64,000 bases of DNA from Armatimonadota bacterium. GTDB lineage: Bacteria > Armatimonadota > SYMT01. Location of the stretch: the NCBI GenBank assembly GCA_041690135.1, contig JAWLHY010000019.1, positions 32,001-96,000 of the forward strand, written 5' to 3'. The first letter of the stretch is position 1. Every line of letters begins with the position of its first letter. Positions 20,485 to 30,524 of this stretch are shown here, one piece after another. Under the pieces are notes generated by a model that did not search any database, was not told the DNA's origin, and saw only the letters and a program-made list of their open reading frames with translations. The translations under genes and the position numbers were made by a program.

Positions 20485-21501
20485 TCAGTCCCTATCCGCT
20501 GGCCGATCCGTCAACGGCACATCCCACATCAATGGGCGCCGGAGTCGCATCCAGGGTCCGGAGTCATCCGGATCCTGGATGGATCGAACCGCCCGATGGT
20601 AAAGGAGCGCCGCCACCGTGAGTTGGACAGCCATAACGGCCGCGGGCTCCAGGAGCGTGTGCGCCACCGCGGAAACGAACGGCGCCTGTGCCATCACCCG
20701 GTCGATCCCGAACCGGATCGGCGGCAAGAACACGAATGGCACGGCGTAGCACCAGATCAGCGCGGCGCGGGTGGTCCGGCACACGGCGCCCACCGCGCAG
20801 AGGAGCATCGCCGTGGCAATCCAGCCAAGAGCGACGGTGCCCACCTGTAGCGCATCACGCAGGACCGGGTCCCCGAAGGTCGACCGCGGAAACCCGGGCG
20901 GCGGTTCGGGCATCACGCCCAGGAGGTGCTCTCGACCGGTCAGCAGTACCCCCGCCAGGATCCCGAATACGAGCATCACCGCAACCGCCAGCACCCCGAG
21001 CAGCGGCAACATTGCCGCCGCACCCCGTGACAGTAGGATCTCCCGTGGAGACAGCCCCTCGGACCGCTGTTCGTGCAGGCGACCGCTTTCCCAATCCGGC
21101 GCCACACTGCGCGCTGCAAAGGCCGGAGCCAGGAACACCCAGGCCGTGTTGGCGAGGAACAGTACGACCTGAATCAGCGTCAGCAGCGGCAGCGATGGGA
21201 CATCCGACTTCTGGAACATCCCGACGATCGGCGTGAAGAGCGCCTGCACGCCGGTCACGCTGATGAGGAGATGGAACCAGCCGGCTTCCTCTGGGCGCTG
21301 CACCCAGGGCGAGCGGAACAGGGCTGTGGAAATGGCGACCTGAACCAGGAACACCAGCACAAACGTGACGACCGCCCAGAGACGATAGCGCGGAGCCCAC
21401 AGCCGGCGCAGCTCTCCCTGGATCAGGTCCCAGGTGGAAAGTTCGGCAGCGCCGACCGCCACTCCCGATGGATTGCGTTCTTCGAAGGGTGGTCTCGGCA
21501 A
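20485..21501 (-). CDS. Multi-pass membrane protein, ABC-2 permease-like
   Basis: APAFAARSVAPDWESGRL...LSPREIL resembles the ABC-2 loop; about six TMs; GAGGAG RBS before TTG. Confidence 0.65.
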   Translation of the reverse strand: MPRPPFEERNPSGVAVGAAELSTWDLIQGELRRLWAPRYRLWAVVTFVLVFLVQVAISTALFRSPWVQRPEEAGWFHLLISVTGVQALFTPIVGMFQKSDVPSLPLLTLIQVVLFLANTAWVFLAPAFAARSVAPDWESGRLHEQRSEGLSPREILLSRGAAAMLPLLGVLAVAVMLVFGILAGVLLTGREHLLGVMPEPPPGFPRSTFGDPVLRDALQVGTVALGWIATAMLLCAVGAVCRTTRAALIWCYAVPFVFLPPIRFGIDRVMAQAPFVSAVAHTLLEPAAVMAVQLTVAALLYHRAVRSIQDPDDSGPWMRLRRPLMWDVPLTDRPADRD

Positions 21502-21542
21502 GGCGGGTCTCCTCGCACACCGTCAGCAGGGTTGGAAATTGA

Positions 21543-21567
21543 AACGCGGGAACCCCACGGAAGTTAC
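21543..21567 (-). promoter_or_regulatory. Putative ECF-sigma promoter (GTAACT-N15-CGTT)
   Basis: Minus strand GTAACTTCCGTGGGGTTCCCGCGTT, about 40 nt upstream of the permease start. Confidence 0.45.
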
Positions 21568-21808
21568 GGTCTCCAACGCGACTGCCCAACAACTTCCGGT
21601 GCGTTTGGGCGGGGTGCGACCAAATGTGCGTGCCCTGGCCACACAAGGTGAAGCCCGTACGGACCTGGTATACGGGTAAAGGACGTTCGCCATTTGGGAG
21701 TTGGGTTGATCGTGGCAGGAACTGTAGTTACCCATGCGCGGAATGACCGGGGAGCCGACGGAGGCGGGCGCCGGGTACCCACGGAGTGGGTGTGGGCAGT
21801 TGCAGTGT

Positions 21809-21843
21809 GTAGCCGCGGCTTGAGCCGCCTGCGTACCGCAGGC
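21809..21843 (+). repeat. GTAG-type REP-like double hairpin
   Basis: GTAGCCGCGGCTTGAGCCGC followed by GCCTGCGTACCGCAGGC. Confidence 0.55.
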
Positions 21844-22181
21844 GCCGTTGGACTGGAGAACTGGTCACGGGCCGTCCCCGCTGTGCCCGCGGAAGTCGCG
21901 ACATCGTCCGACCCCCGCAACGATACAGAGCGCGCAGAATGAGAAATCTTCGCGAAGCCGGCCGGTTTCCTTTACCAACCTGGAAGCAGGACAAATGCCG
22001 CTCGCTGAAAGAACACTCCAGAGAGGCGCTGGCCTCAAATCCTGCCGGATCAACACCGCACCTGTTGAAGGTTAAGCGTGAGGGGGTAAGCTCGCCTGGA
22101 GCCAGAGGTTGAGAGCACAACGCAGAGGGTTCAACCCCTGGCCCCCGAGGGGGGCTTCCATCCTTTAGCCCCCGAGGGGGC

Positions 22182-22221
22182 TGCAAACCTTCCAACTTGC
22201 AAACCTTCCAACCTTCCAACC
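22182..22221. repeat. Five tandem degenerate octamers, preceded by palindrome AGCCCCCGAGGGGGCT
   Basis: TGCAAACC TTCCAACT TGCAAACC TTCCAACC TTCCAACC. Confidence 0.75.
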
Positions 22222-22253
22222 CAGAAGTACCCTCCTGAATAACGCATCCCACT

Positions 22254-23732
22254 ATGAAGTTAGTAGCGATTGACCTGGGCGCCAGCGGCGGACGCGCGCT
22301 GGTCGGCACGTTGACGGGCGAAGGCGCCCGGGCCACGCTGGAAATGGTGGAGGCGCACCGGTTCCCGCATGGCGGCGTTTACTTCCCGCACGATGAGGGC
22401 CGCACGCTGCATTGGAACGCGCCCTACCTGTGGAACGAGATCCAGACCGGTCTCCGCAAGGCCGGTCACGCGCACGGCCGGCCGGACAGTATTGGGGTGG
22501 ACACCTGGGGCGTGGACTTCGGCCTGCTGGACCGCCGCGGCGCGCTGCTTCAGAACCCGGTATGCTACCGCGACGCTCGCACCGAGGGAATGATCGAAAA
22601 GGCGTGCGCAATCGTGCCGCGGGAGGAGATCTTCGCGCGGACCGGTATCCAGTTCATGGCGTTCAACTCGGTCTTCCAGTTGCTGGCGCTGCAGAACCAG
22701 GGCTCCCCCATCTTTCCGCTGATCGACCGCGTGCTCCTGATGCCGGACCTCTTCCATTACTGGCTCTGCGGCAGCCGGGCAGTGGAGTACACGAACGGCA
22801 GCACCTCCCAGATGGTGAACGCTACCACGCGCGACTGGGATCGCGAACTGCTGGACCGCCTGGGACTGCCGCACCACTTCCTGCCGCCGCTGGTGGAGGC
22901 CGGGACGCGCCTGGGCAACCTGCGCGCTTCCGTGGCCGAGGAGACCGGCCTGTCGCCGGACGTGCCGGTGATCGCGCCGCCCACGCACGATACCGCGTCG
23001 GCCGTGGTGGCTACCCCCGGTGAAGGGAGCGATTGGGCCTTCCTCAGCGCCGGCACCTGGTGCCTCTTCGGGGCCGAGGTGGACCGCCCCTATCTCGATC
23101 CCGCGCTCCTGGAGACCGGTTTCGGTAACGAAGGCGGGGTCCGAGGTACCACCCGCCTGCTGCGCAACATCACCGGCCTCTGGCTCGTGCAGGAATGCCG
23201 CCGCTACTGGCAGAGCGAGGGACACGACCTCTCCTACGCGGAGCTGGCGCGCCTGGCGGAGGAAGCCCGCCCGTTCGTGGCCGTCATCGATCCGGACGAT
23301 GCCGCCTTCGCCCAGCCGACCCGGATGCCGGTCGCCATTGCCGACTACTGCACCCGGACCGGGCAATCTGTGCCGGAGACGATCGGGGAGTTCGTCCGCG
23401 TCTGCCTTGAGTCGATCGCGCTAGCGGTCCGGCGCCGCTGGCTGCAACTCCAGACGATCCTGGGCCGTGAGTTGCGTGTCCTTCATATCGTGGGGGGCGG
23501 CACACAGAACACGCTCCTCTGCCAGTTCATCGCCAACGCGCTCGGAAGGACGGTGCTGGCCGGTCCCACGGAAGCTACCGCCATGGGCAACGCGCTGGTG
23601 CAGGCCGTGGGTCTTGGCGCTCTCGACTATACGGACCTGCGCCCGGTGGTCCGCCGCTCCATCGAGTTAAGGGAGTATCGCCCACGCGATACCGCCGCCT
23701 GGGAAGACGCCGCCGGTCGCGCACCCTGGTAA
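22254..23732 (+). CDS. rhaB: Rhamnulokinase (FGGY family)
   Basis: AIDLGASGGR, GVDTWGVDFGLL, HDTASAV, LRNITGLWLVQEC, GPTEATAMGN. Confidence 0.88.
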   Translation: MKLVAIDLGASGGRALVGTLTGEGARATLEMVEAHRFPHGGVYFPHDEGRTLHWNAPYLWNEIQTGLRKAGHAHGRPDSIGVDTWGVDFGLLDRRGALLQNPVCYRDARTEGMIEKACAIVPREEIFARTGIQFMAFNSVFQLLALQNQGSPIFPLIDRVLLMPDLFHYWLCGSRAVEYTNGSTSQMVNATTRDWDRELLDRLGLPHHFLPPLVEAGTRLGNLRASVAEETGLSPDVPVIAPPTHDTASAVVATPGEGSDWAFLSAGTWCLFGAEVDRPYLDPALLETGFGNEGGVRGTTRLLRNITGLWLVQECRRYWQSEGHDLSYAELARLAEEARPFVAVIDPDDAAFAQPTRMPVAIADYCTRTGQSVPETIGEFVRVCLESIALAVRRRWLQLQTILGRELRVLHIVGGGTQNTLLCQFIANALGRTVLAGPTEATAMGNALVQAVGLGALDYTDLRPVVRRSIELREYRPRDTAAWEDAAGRAPW

Positions 23733-23753
23733 TCGTAATGGCTGAATAGCGGC

Positions 23754-25583
23754 CTACATCTTCGATTCATCCTTGTTTGCTTCGAATTCCAGAAGTTCAG
23801 AGAGTGGGTCCGGAACCGCCCCGAAGGGCTGTTTGTCCGGTTGAAGCCGCCAATGCCACAACGAGCTGCCGCCAGTGAGAGGTCGAAACCCGAGGATCCA
23901 GCGGCCCTCGTAAGTCGCTGCCTCCGGGCTCGTTGGTGCAAGATACAGCGCAACGCGCTCCCGTTCTTGGCGCGTAATGGCGCCCACATGGGTGATCAAT
24001 GTCGGCCCTAGCCACTCCTCCACCAGTGCCCGAGGGGCTTCCGCCAGTGGAAGCCCCTCGGGCTCGCGGACACGGGCTTTCAGCGGCTCGGGTAGGCGGT
24101 TATAGAACTGTAAGCAAGGCTTAGGACCGGTGAGTTCATAGAATGCAGGTACCACCACTCCGGATGCCTGTGGGCAGAGGCCTGACTCCACGAGCTTGTG
24201 GACTTGTCCGAAGTTGAGCTCCGCAAGTTCCAGGAGATCGCTGAGCGACCCCTGCTTGTTCTCACTCAGGCGCTGGCGATACTTGCTCAGAAGGGAGTCC
24301 GGTACATCCGCCACGTCTTCCGTCCACCATGATCGAGATCTAACGAGGACAGTCGATTTCGTAGGGTCCAGCCACTGCCAATCGCAGTTCCACTGCCGCA
24401 CCAGGATCGTGAGCAACTGCTCGATAGGGAGATCGCGAGCCTCGACCGTAGGCACAAAAGCCCGGCAGGGGCGTATATATCCATCCGCAATGAACCGCAG
24501 CTTTGTCTGTCGCTGGAGTAGAGCCAGGCAAGTATCGAGATTCAGCCAGCGATAAGTGCGGTCCCTCGCCCCCGACGGCAGGGGCGGAATCGAGAACCGT
24601 ACCGTTTTCGAACCGTCTTGTGCGTTCCGACCGGGCAATCTGAAGGGAGGGCCGATAAAGGGGGTTCTTCGTGCTCCTTTCATCCGCAGCATACTGAAGC
24701 GGCCCTGGGTTTCTCCATCGGGCGATACGAGACTTCTCACGAGGTAGGTGTTTTGGGCATCAGCCGGGTTTCCCGCGAGCATGACAGTTATGCGGAAGTC
24801 TTCCAGGCGATGATTGGTCTGCTGTCGAGTCGATACAGTAAGGAGATTTATCAGGTCTCCCCGCCCAACTTCGGGGCCGTCAGCGATCCGCAACACCACG
24901 GGTTGTCCTGTCAGCAGCTTTGCGCGCCCATCAACGCCGATGGCTTCAAGCAAGGTTGCTTCTGCTTTACGTCTTGGGGAAGGTATGTTCCCGGGTATCA
25001 GTAGCCCATTGATGATCTTGCTGGGAACGAGCTTGTCGGCAGGGATCTTGCGGACTTCCTCCAGCCAATGGAGTTCACCATCCAGGTGTTCGGCAAAGGC
25101 GGCCAAGCGTTGACTTCGCAGTTCACTAGCCAATACACGGCGGTTGAAGTTCTCGCGCAATATCCAGCCACTGGTTTTCCGATGCCAGTCGACCCGTGCA
25201 CTCTCATTCACACTGAGCAACGTTTCAAGTCCGCGCGCCAGCGTACCAAGTTCGAAGTCCTGGCCAACAACAGTTACTCTTTGGTTGGCGAGCTCGCCCT
25301 CCGCCTTCAACTTCACCCCATAGATTTTGGATAAGGTAGGAAGTGCCTCCGTGAGCGGTCGTCCGTATAAAGTCACGTGGGATGGCTCGCCACCGGACGG
25401 ATAGCGTTCCATTGCAAAAGCCGGTGTCTGGCCAAAAAGAACAATATAGAGTATCCACACACCCCATATGAGGGACCGAACTCTGAGTAGAGATGGAAAA
25501 ACTGCGAGGAAGTTACGGTTCAGCCAGAGATTCCTTCCAAGTGGATTTGCAATCTCCAAGGGCAAGATCTTCTCGGTAGACAT
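23754..25583 (-). CDS. Hypothetical secreted protein with two STN-like segments; AT-richer than flanking genes
   Basis: 609-aa ORF; signal-like segment ending PAFA; PLTEALPTLSKIYGVKL and LDTCLALLQRQTKLRFIAD segments. Confidence 0.65.
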   Translation of the reverse strand: MSTEKILPLEIANPLGRNLWLNRNFLAVFPSLLRVRSLIWGVWILYIVLFGQTPAFAMERYPSGGEPSHVTLYGRPLTEALPTLSKIYGVKLKAEGELANQRVTVVGQDFELGTLARGLETLLSVNESARVDWHRKTSGWILRENFNRRVLASELRSQRLAAFAEHLDGELHWLEEVRKIPADKLVPSKIINGLLIPGNIPSPRRKAEATLLEAIGVDGRAKLLTGQPVVLRIADGPEVGRGDLINLLTVSTRQQTNHRLEDFRITVMLAGNPADAQNTYLVRSLVSPDGETQGRFSMLRMKGARRTPFIGPPFRLPGRNAQDGSKTVRFSIPPLPSGARDRTYRWLNLDTCLALLQRQTKLRFIADGYIRPCRAFVPTVEARDLPIEQLLTILVRQWNCDWQWLDPTKSTVLVRSRSWWTEDVADVPDSLLSKYRQRLSENKQGSLSDLLELAELNFGQVHKLVESGLCPQASGVVVPAFYELTGPKPCLQFYNRLPEPLKARVREPEGLPLAEAPRALVEEWLGPTLITHVGAITRQERERVALYLAPTSPEAATYEGRWILGFRPLTGGSSLWHWRLQPDKQPFGAVPDPLSELLEFEANKDESKM

Positions 25584-25683
25584 AGGCCCTCAACTTGACC
25601 TGTGTCAGAACACCGCAGGACTGCAGGCGATGATCTGACACAGTTGCTTAGATACACATCACATGATGTAGCGAGATATTAAA

Positions 25684-26265
25684 TCACTCAGTGATGATCA
25701 ACGCACGGATCGCATGTCGTTCTTCCGCTAGAGGTCCTGGACCTGGCGAGAAGTGGGCCGAAATCCATGCATTCAGGTAGTAGTTTCCAGGAGAGAGTGT
25801 GGCCTGCAAGCTCATGTCAAGCCAGTCAGATGGAGATCGCCCTGTGTTGAAGTCGAAGTAATCTCCCCACTCGTCGCTGTCATCTTCCACAGGGTCTTCG
25901 TTCAATTCCGTAAGCTCAAGTCCGTAAAAGCCAGAGAGTAGATCGCTTCCCCAGTATGATTCAATGCTGTAGCCGAGTGAAGCGGAGTATTCGTGCGACA
26001 CGTTCGCAACTACGTCGTGCGAACCCGGGGAATAGTGCGCTTCGAGTTCTACCAACGCACCACCGTTCATGGAAGAGAAATATGCCCAATCGTATGCCGC
26101 CTGCGCAGGCGAACCGCTCCATGCACTTAGAAACACGCCTAGCAGCAATGCCAATACTGAGCGACCTGAAACTCTCGAGGGAACGATGTAATGCATTCTT
26201 CTGAACCTCCATTTACTCATTGTGGGAGTCAAGTCCCTTCCGATAAGGTACAAGTGGCCAAGCAA
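25684..26265 (-). CDS. Hypothetical secreted acidic protein (true start probably later than the ORF-track start)
   Basis: Signal peptide ...LLLGVFLSAWSGSPAQA; acidic, aromatic-rich mature region. Confidence 0.6.
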   Translation of the reverse strand: MLGHLYLIGRDLTPTMSKWRFRRMHYIVPSRVSGRSVLALLLGVFLSAWSGSPAQAAYDWAYFSSMNGGALVELEAHYSPGSHDVVANVSHEYSASLGYSIESYWGSDLLSGFYGLELTELNEDPVEDDSDEWGDYFDFNTGRSPSDWLDMSLQATLSPGNYYLNAWISAHFSPGPGPLAEERHAIRALIITE

Positions 26266-26447
26266 CGTGGACTACCCGCAGGGGAGAGTATCCCTACAAG
26301 CCGGGTAATCATCACTCCAGCACAATGTAGCAGAAATACGTCAACCTCAATTGATGGTGCTCACGCATCCGGGCCAATGGTTCTGGAGTGTTCTATCTAC
26401 TTTCATATTGTGCGGTGTTTATCTTATTGCGTCCACTTTTTTTACCT

Positions 26448-26621
26448 AGATCCTATCCGAATTGAAATCTTAAGTCAGTGAATGTCCGTTTGGTATGATT
26501 CCGGCACAGGAGGATTGTGTCAAAATGGGATTAGTTGCGCAGGATGATGGCTGGCCCGTGCCCGACGCGCTTTGGGAACTCATAGAGCCTTTGTTGCTGA
26601 AGGGGAAACCCCATCCTTGGG
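26448..26621 (+). pseudogene. IS5-family (IS427/IS1031-like) transposase 5' remnant truncated by ISKra4
   Basis: DDGWPVPDALWELIEPLLLKGKPHPWG matches IS5 transposase N-termini; probable left end CTAG-ATCCTATCCGAA at 26446-26461. Confidence 0.7.
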
Positions 26622-28119
26622 GGAGCGCGCGTCAGAATTTCGCACGCTCGGATTTTGATCAGGCGCCAAGCCTCGGAATGTGATTCACGATGGGTGGGCT
26701 TTCACCGATGGCAGACAAGAACTTCGATCCCGAGTGGGACGGGATCTTCCGGGAGATCCGCGAAGAGATGGTGGCGTGGCGCCGGGCGCATCCCAAGGCG
26801 ACCCTGCGCGAGATTGAACTGGAGAATGAGCGCGTGCTCGCGCGTCTTCACGCGCGAATGATCCAGGATATCGCGGCCGCCAGTGGGGTGGCCGAGTTTG
26901 CCGGACAGCCGGCCGCGGACCGGCCGCAGTGCCCGCACTGCGCGGTGCCGCTGGTGTCCCGAGGCAAGAAGCGGCGGAACCTCCGTAGTTATGGCGACCA
27001 GCAAGTGGAGTTGGAAAGAGCCTATGGCACCTGCCCCCAGTGCGGGCAGGATTTTTTCCCCTCTGGATGAGGAACTCCAACTGCTCCCCGGGGCGTTGGC
27101 GCCACTGCTCCATGAGCGCCTGGTGCAGTTAGACACCGTGGAACGCTCCTTTGTGCAGGCGGCAAACGTCTTCTTCTCGTTTACACGCATCCGGATCAGC
27201 GAACCCACCGCCCGTCGCTACGCCGAGCGTGCGGGGGCCGTGATGGAAGGCGTGGAAGAGGGTGCGAGTGCGGCAACTCCGGCCCCTGGGGATGGGGCGG
27301 AGCCGGACCCGCGCCCGGCCTGGGTGGGTGCGGACGGGGTCATGGTCCGGTTGGTGGGTGGGGCTTGGCGGGAGGTCCGGACCGTCACCCTCGGACGGGT
27401 GAACCCTCCGGTGCTCGTGAAGGGGGAGGCCCGGGTGACCACCACCGAACTGAGCTACTTCTCCCGCTTGACCGACGGAGCCGATACCTTCATCGACTGG
27501 GCCGCACGCGAGTTCGGTCGCCGCGGCATTGCGGAGGCGACCCTGGTGGGCGCGGGATCGGATGGTGCGGAATGGTGTCAGAAGCTCTTCGACCGCCACT
27601 GCCCCCAGGCGGTGCGGTGCCTGGACTTCTACCACGCCGGAGAACGGGTACATGACTTTAGTAAGGTCCTCTGGAAGGAGCAGCCGGAACTCGCCGACTG
27701 GTATGCCGGCGACCAACTCCATCAACTGAAACACCAGGGGCCGGACCCCCTGCTGACGAGCCTGCGGGACTGGGGCCAGGCCGCGGCGGACCCGAAAGCG
27801 CGTCAGGAGGCTACGCAGCAGTATGCCTTCTTCACCAGCCAGACGGAGTTACTCGATTATCCTGAAGTCCGGGCGCAGGGGCTCCCGATCGGGACGGGCA
27901 ACGCCGAAAGTGCGAACCTACATGTCGTTCAAGACCGGCTCAAAGGACCGGGCAAGTTCTGGGGCCGCGAACACGTCAACCCCATGCTGGCACTCCGCAA
28001 CGCTTGGTGCAGCGACCGCTGGGAGGAAACCTGGCTGGTGACCAGCAAGCGGTTAGCGGAAGGGTATTATCCGGTGCGGATCGTTCATACACCACGTGCA
28101 AAAAACTGACGCGCGCTCC
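26622..28119 (+). mobile_element. ISKra4-family insertion sequence (1498 bp)
   Basis: 25-bp terminal IRs with 22/25 match: GGAGCGCGCGTCAGAATTTCGCACG and CGTGCAAAAAACTGACGCGCGCTCC; no target duplication seen. Confidence 0.88.
26708..28109 (+). CDS. ISKra4 transposase, two reading frames joined at T6C4 (27052-27061)
   Basis: orfA with CPHC/CPQC zinc ribbon ends FFPSG*; orfB begins PLDEEL and has ADG, SDGAEWC, LDFYHA, PIGTGNAESAN DDE motifs. Confidence 0.88.
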
Positions 28120-28215
28120 TAGGAAAATCGCAGTATTGGACCGCAACCTTAGGGTGGTGGTACGATACAGTCAAGCCCTTCAAGCCCCCGGTGTTGGGTC
28201 GCATCACCGACTGGC

Positions 28216-29739
28216 GTGCTTCCAGTTCTAGCAATTCCGTTTTCCGTAGGCGCGGCAGTGGTCAACCATGTGATGGAGAGTATTCGATGTCTTGTTGGTA
28301 GCCGCATCGTGGTTGCGATTTCCGGGGGCGTCGACTCCCTGGCCTTGCTGCACCTCATTGCGTCGATTGGTAGCTTTGATCCTTTGGAGTTCCTCGCGGT
28401 GCACGTCCACCACGGGATGCGGGCCGAGGCCGCAGATGCGGATGTCGAGTTCTTGCGCCAGACCTGCGATGCGTGGGGTGTGCCGCTCGAGGTTGTCTAC
28501 CGCGACGTGCCGGCGCTGGCGGCGGAGCGGCGGATCTCGGTGGAGGAGGCAGGACGGATTGCCCGGTATGAAGCCCTGGAAGCCCTGGCTCGGGAGCGCG
28601 GCTGCAATAAGGTCGTTACGGCGCACCACGCCGACGACCAGGTGGAGACGGTGCTGCTTCACCTGCTGCGGGGCACCGGTCTGGACGGTCTCCGGGGGAT
28701 GCCGGAGCGACGTCCCCTCTCCCCCAAATCCGGCGCGCCGGAGCTGGTCCGGCCACTGCTTGGGGTATGGCGCCACGAGCTGGAAGCCTATTGCCGGGAG
28801 CACGGACTGGAACCTCGCCACGACTGGACGAACGACGACCTCCGCTACCGGCGCAACCGCCTCCGGCAGGAAGTGATCCCCCTGCTGCAGTCCCTGGCGC
28901 CGGCGGTGAAGCAGCACCTTCTGCAACTCGCGCAGCAGGCTCGGGACGAGGTGGCGGTTCTGGAGCCTCTGGCGGCGGACCTGCTCCACCAGGCACGCCG
29001 TCCGGCGCCGGAACCGTGGCGGCGTGCGGGAGGCCCGCCGGAGTGGTTGGTGCTCGCACGAGCATTGCGACCGACGGCGCTCGATGCCGCGACCTTTGCA
29101 CAGGCGCCGCGTGCCACTGCCCGACGCGCCCTTCGGCTTCTTTTTCGGGAGGTAGCCGGCCCACCGGCCGATGTCCCCTTCGAGGCGGTGGAAGCGGTGT
29201 TGTGTCTGGCGGGGGGTGTGGGTACGGCAGTCGATCTTCCCGGATGTGGAATCCGAGCCCGCCGAGTTAGTGGCACTCTTCTTCTGGAACGCCAACGCCC
29301 GCCGCAGCGGGACCTCCCGGAGAAAGTCTTGGTTGCTGGTCCCGGCGAATACACGGTTCCGGCAATGGGGCTCAAGCTCCGGTTCGCAGCGGGCGCCGCC
29401 CCCGCCGACCCGCGCCTGCCGCCCGAGGAAGCCTGCCTGGCAAGCGCCGCAGTCCGATGGCCCCTGCGGCTCCGCGCCCCAGAACGGGGAGATCGGTTCC
29501 AGCCGCTGGGGTCGCCGGGGTCGCGCCTGCTAAGCGACGTGTTCGTGGATCGGAAGATCCCCGCCGAGGCCCGCGCTTCCTGGCCCGTGCTGGAGGATAC
29601 GGAGGGGATTCTCTGGGTGTGCGGAATCGCCGTGGCCGAACGCGCCCGCGTCGCGTCGCCGGGGGATCCGTGCCTCCGCTTGCGGATCGAGCCGATTCAT
29701 GCGTCCGGATCTACCCTTGGCAGGTCCCAGGTGTCCTGA
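28216..29739 (+). CDS. tilS: tRNA(Ile)-lysidine synthetase (start uncertain, 28216-28273)
   Basis: VAISGGVDS PP-loop, HVHHGMR, TAHHADDQVET, LRGTGLDGL, RNRLR, C-terminal GDRFQPLG domain. Confidence 0.93.
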   Translation: MLPVLAIPFSVGAAVVNHVMESIRCLVGSRIVVAISGGVDSLALLHLIASIGSFDPLEFLAVHVHHGMRAEAADADVEFLRQTCDAWGVPLEVVYRDVPALAAERRISVEEAGRIARYEALEALARERGCNKVVTAHHADDQVETVLLHLLRGTGLDGLRGMPERRPLSPKSGAPELVRPLLGVWRHELEAYCREHGLEPRHDWTNDDLRYRRNRLRQEVIPLLQSLAPAVKQHLLQLAQQARDEVAVLEPLAADLLHQARRPAPEPWRRAGGPPEWLVLARALRPTALDAATFAQAPRATARRALRLLFREVAGPPADVPFEAVEAVLCLAGGVGTAVDLPGCGIRARRVSGTLLLERQRPPQRDLPEKVLVAGPGEYTVPAMGLKLRFAAGAAPADPRLPPEEACLASAAVRWPLRLRAPERGDRFQPLGSPGSRLLSDVFVDRKIPAEARASWPVLEDTEGILWVCGIAVAERARVASPGDPCLRLRIEPIHASGSTLGRSQVS

Positions 29740-30524
29740 TCCACAGCGGAAGCCGGGCGCGGAAGCTGGCCTGTAGTGGGAGGAGGCGTGGCGGCGGGTA
29801 TCGGCAGATCGGCCGTGCCGACAAGGTAGGGCTTGAGGAGTTGCCGCATCAATGCCGGTCCATTCTCCAAATCCTCCCAGTACAGTTGGAAAGGTAGGCT
29901 CTGAATGGCGCTTACTGGAACGGATTTGAGGGGACCGAACGGTTTCCGCCCCCGGACATCGAAAGTGAGGGCCCCGTGCAGGCGCCCGCGAGTACGGAAG
30001 ATCTCCAGTTCGAGACGGTCAAGACGTGGATGCGCTTTGACCGTGGGTTCAAAGCAGCCTCTCACTCCGTCGCCTTGAGCGTACACCCAGCGGTGCAACG
30101 CAAATCCCGTGAGCACGGCGACCTCTGTCGCCATCGCGTGGATGGCGATTGGGGGGAGCACGGCGAGGGGTTCCATTTCCGTCTCGGTTTGCCAGAACGC
30201 GCCGCCAACCACTCTCAGGTGCAATGAACAGGCCGTTCCCAGGCAACTCCCCCACTCGACATTTATCCTGACCGGTAATTCCCGTCGCTCTCCGGCCCGA
30301 ATTGCAAAATCCGCCCAGGTTTTCGGCTGTAGGTCCGGAGACGCCACACCTGCGGTGACTTTGCCATTGGATTGACCCGTCAAGGACACGGCGAGGTGCC
30401 GGATGCGCTGGTCCTTCTGCCCCCCCACGAGAGAAATCGTGCCGGTGACTTGCTCACCCCAATGGACGACGTTTCGATGCAGCATCAATGTCACTTCACA
30501 GTTGCCGACCTGCACCTTGGCCAT
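29697..30524 (-). CDS. Spo0M-like (arrestin-fold) protein
   Basis: N-terminus V..GEQVTGTISLVGGQKDQRIRHLAVSL resembles Spo0M; TGATG coupling to the glycosyltransferase. Confidence 0.6.
   Translation of the reverse strand: MAKVQVGNCEVTLMLHRNVVHWGEQVTGTISLVGGQKDQRIRHLAVSLTGQSNGKVTAGVASPDLQPKTWADFAIRAGERRELPVRINVEWGSCLGTACSLHLRVVGGAFWQTETEMEPLAVLPPIAIHAMATEVAVLTGFALHRWVYAQGDGVRGCFEPTVKAHPRLDRLELEIFRTRGRLHGALTFDVRGRKPFGPLKSVPVSAIQSLPFQLYWEDLENGPALMRQLLKPYLVGTADLPIPAATPPPTTGQLPRPASAVDQDTWDLPRVDPDA

Noticed and set aside
21648-21685. Group II intron domain V-like GAAGCCCGTACG...TACGGG
   Set aside because: The stem does not fit the domain V consensus and there is no RT gene or intron boundary.
21523-21735. 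70-aa Cys-containing ORF as a RiPP precursor
   Set aside because: No RBS, no modifying enzymes nearby, and it overlaps the probable permease promoter.
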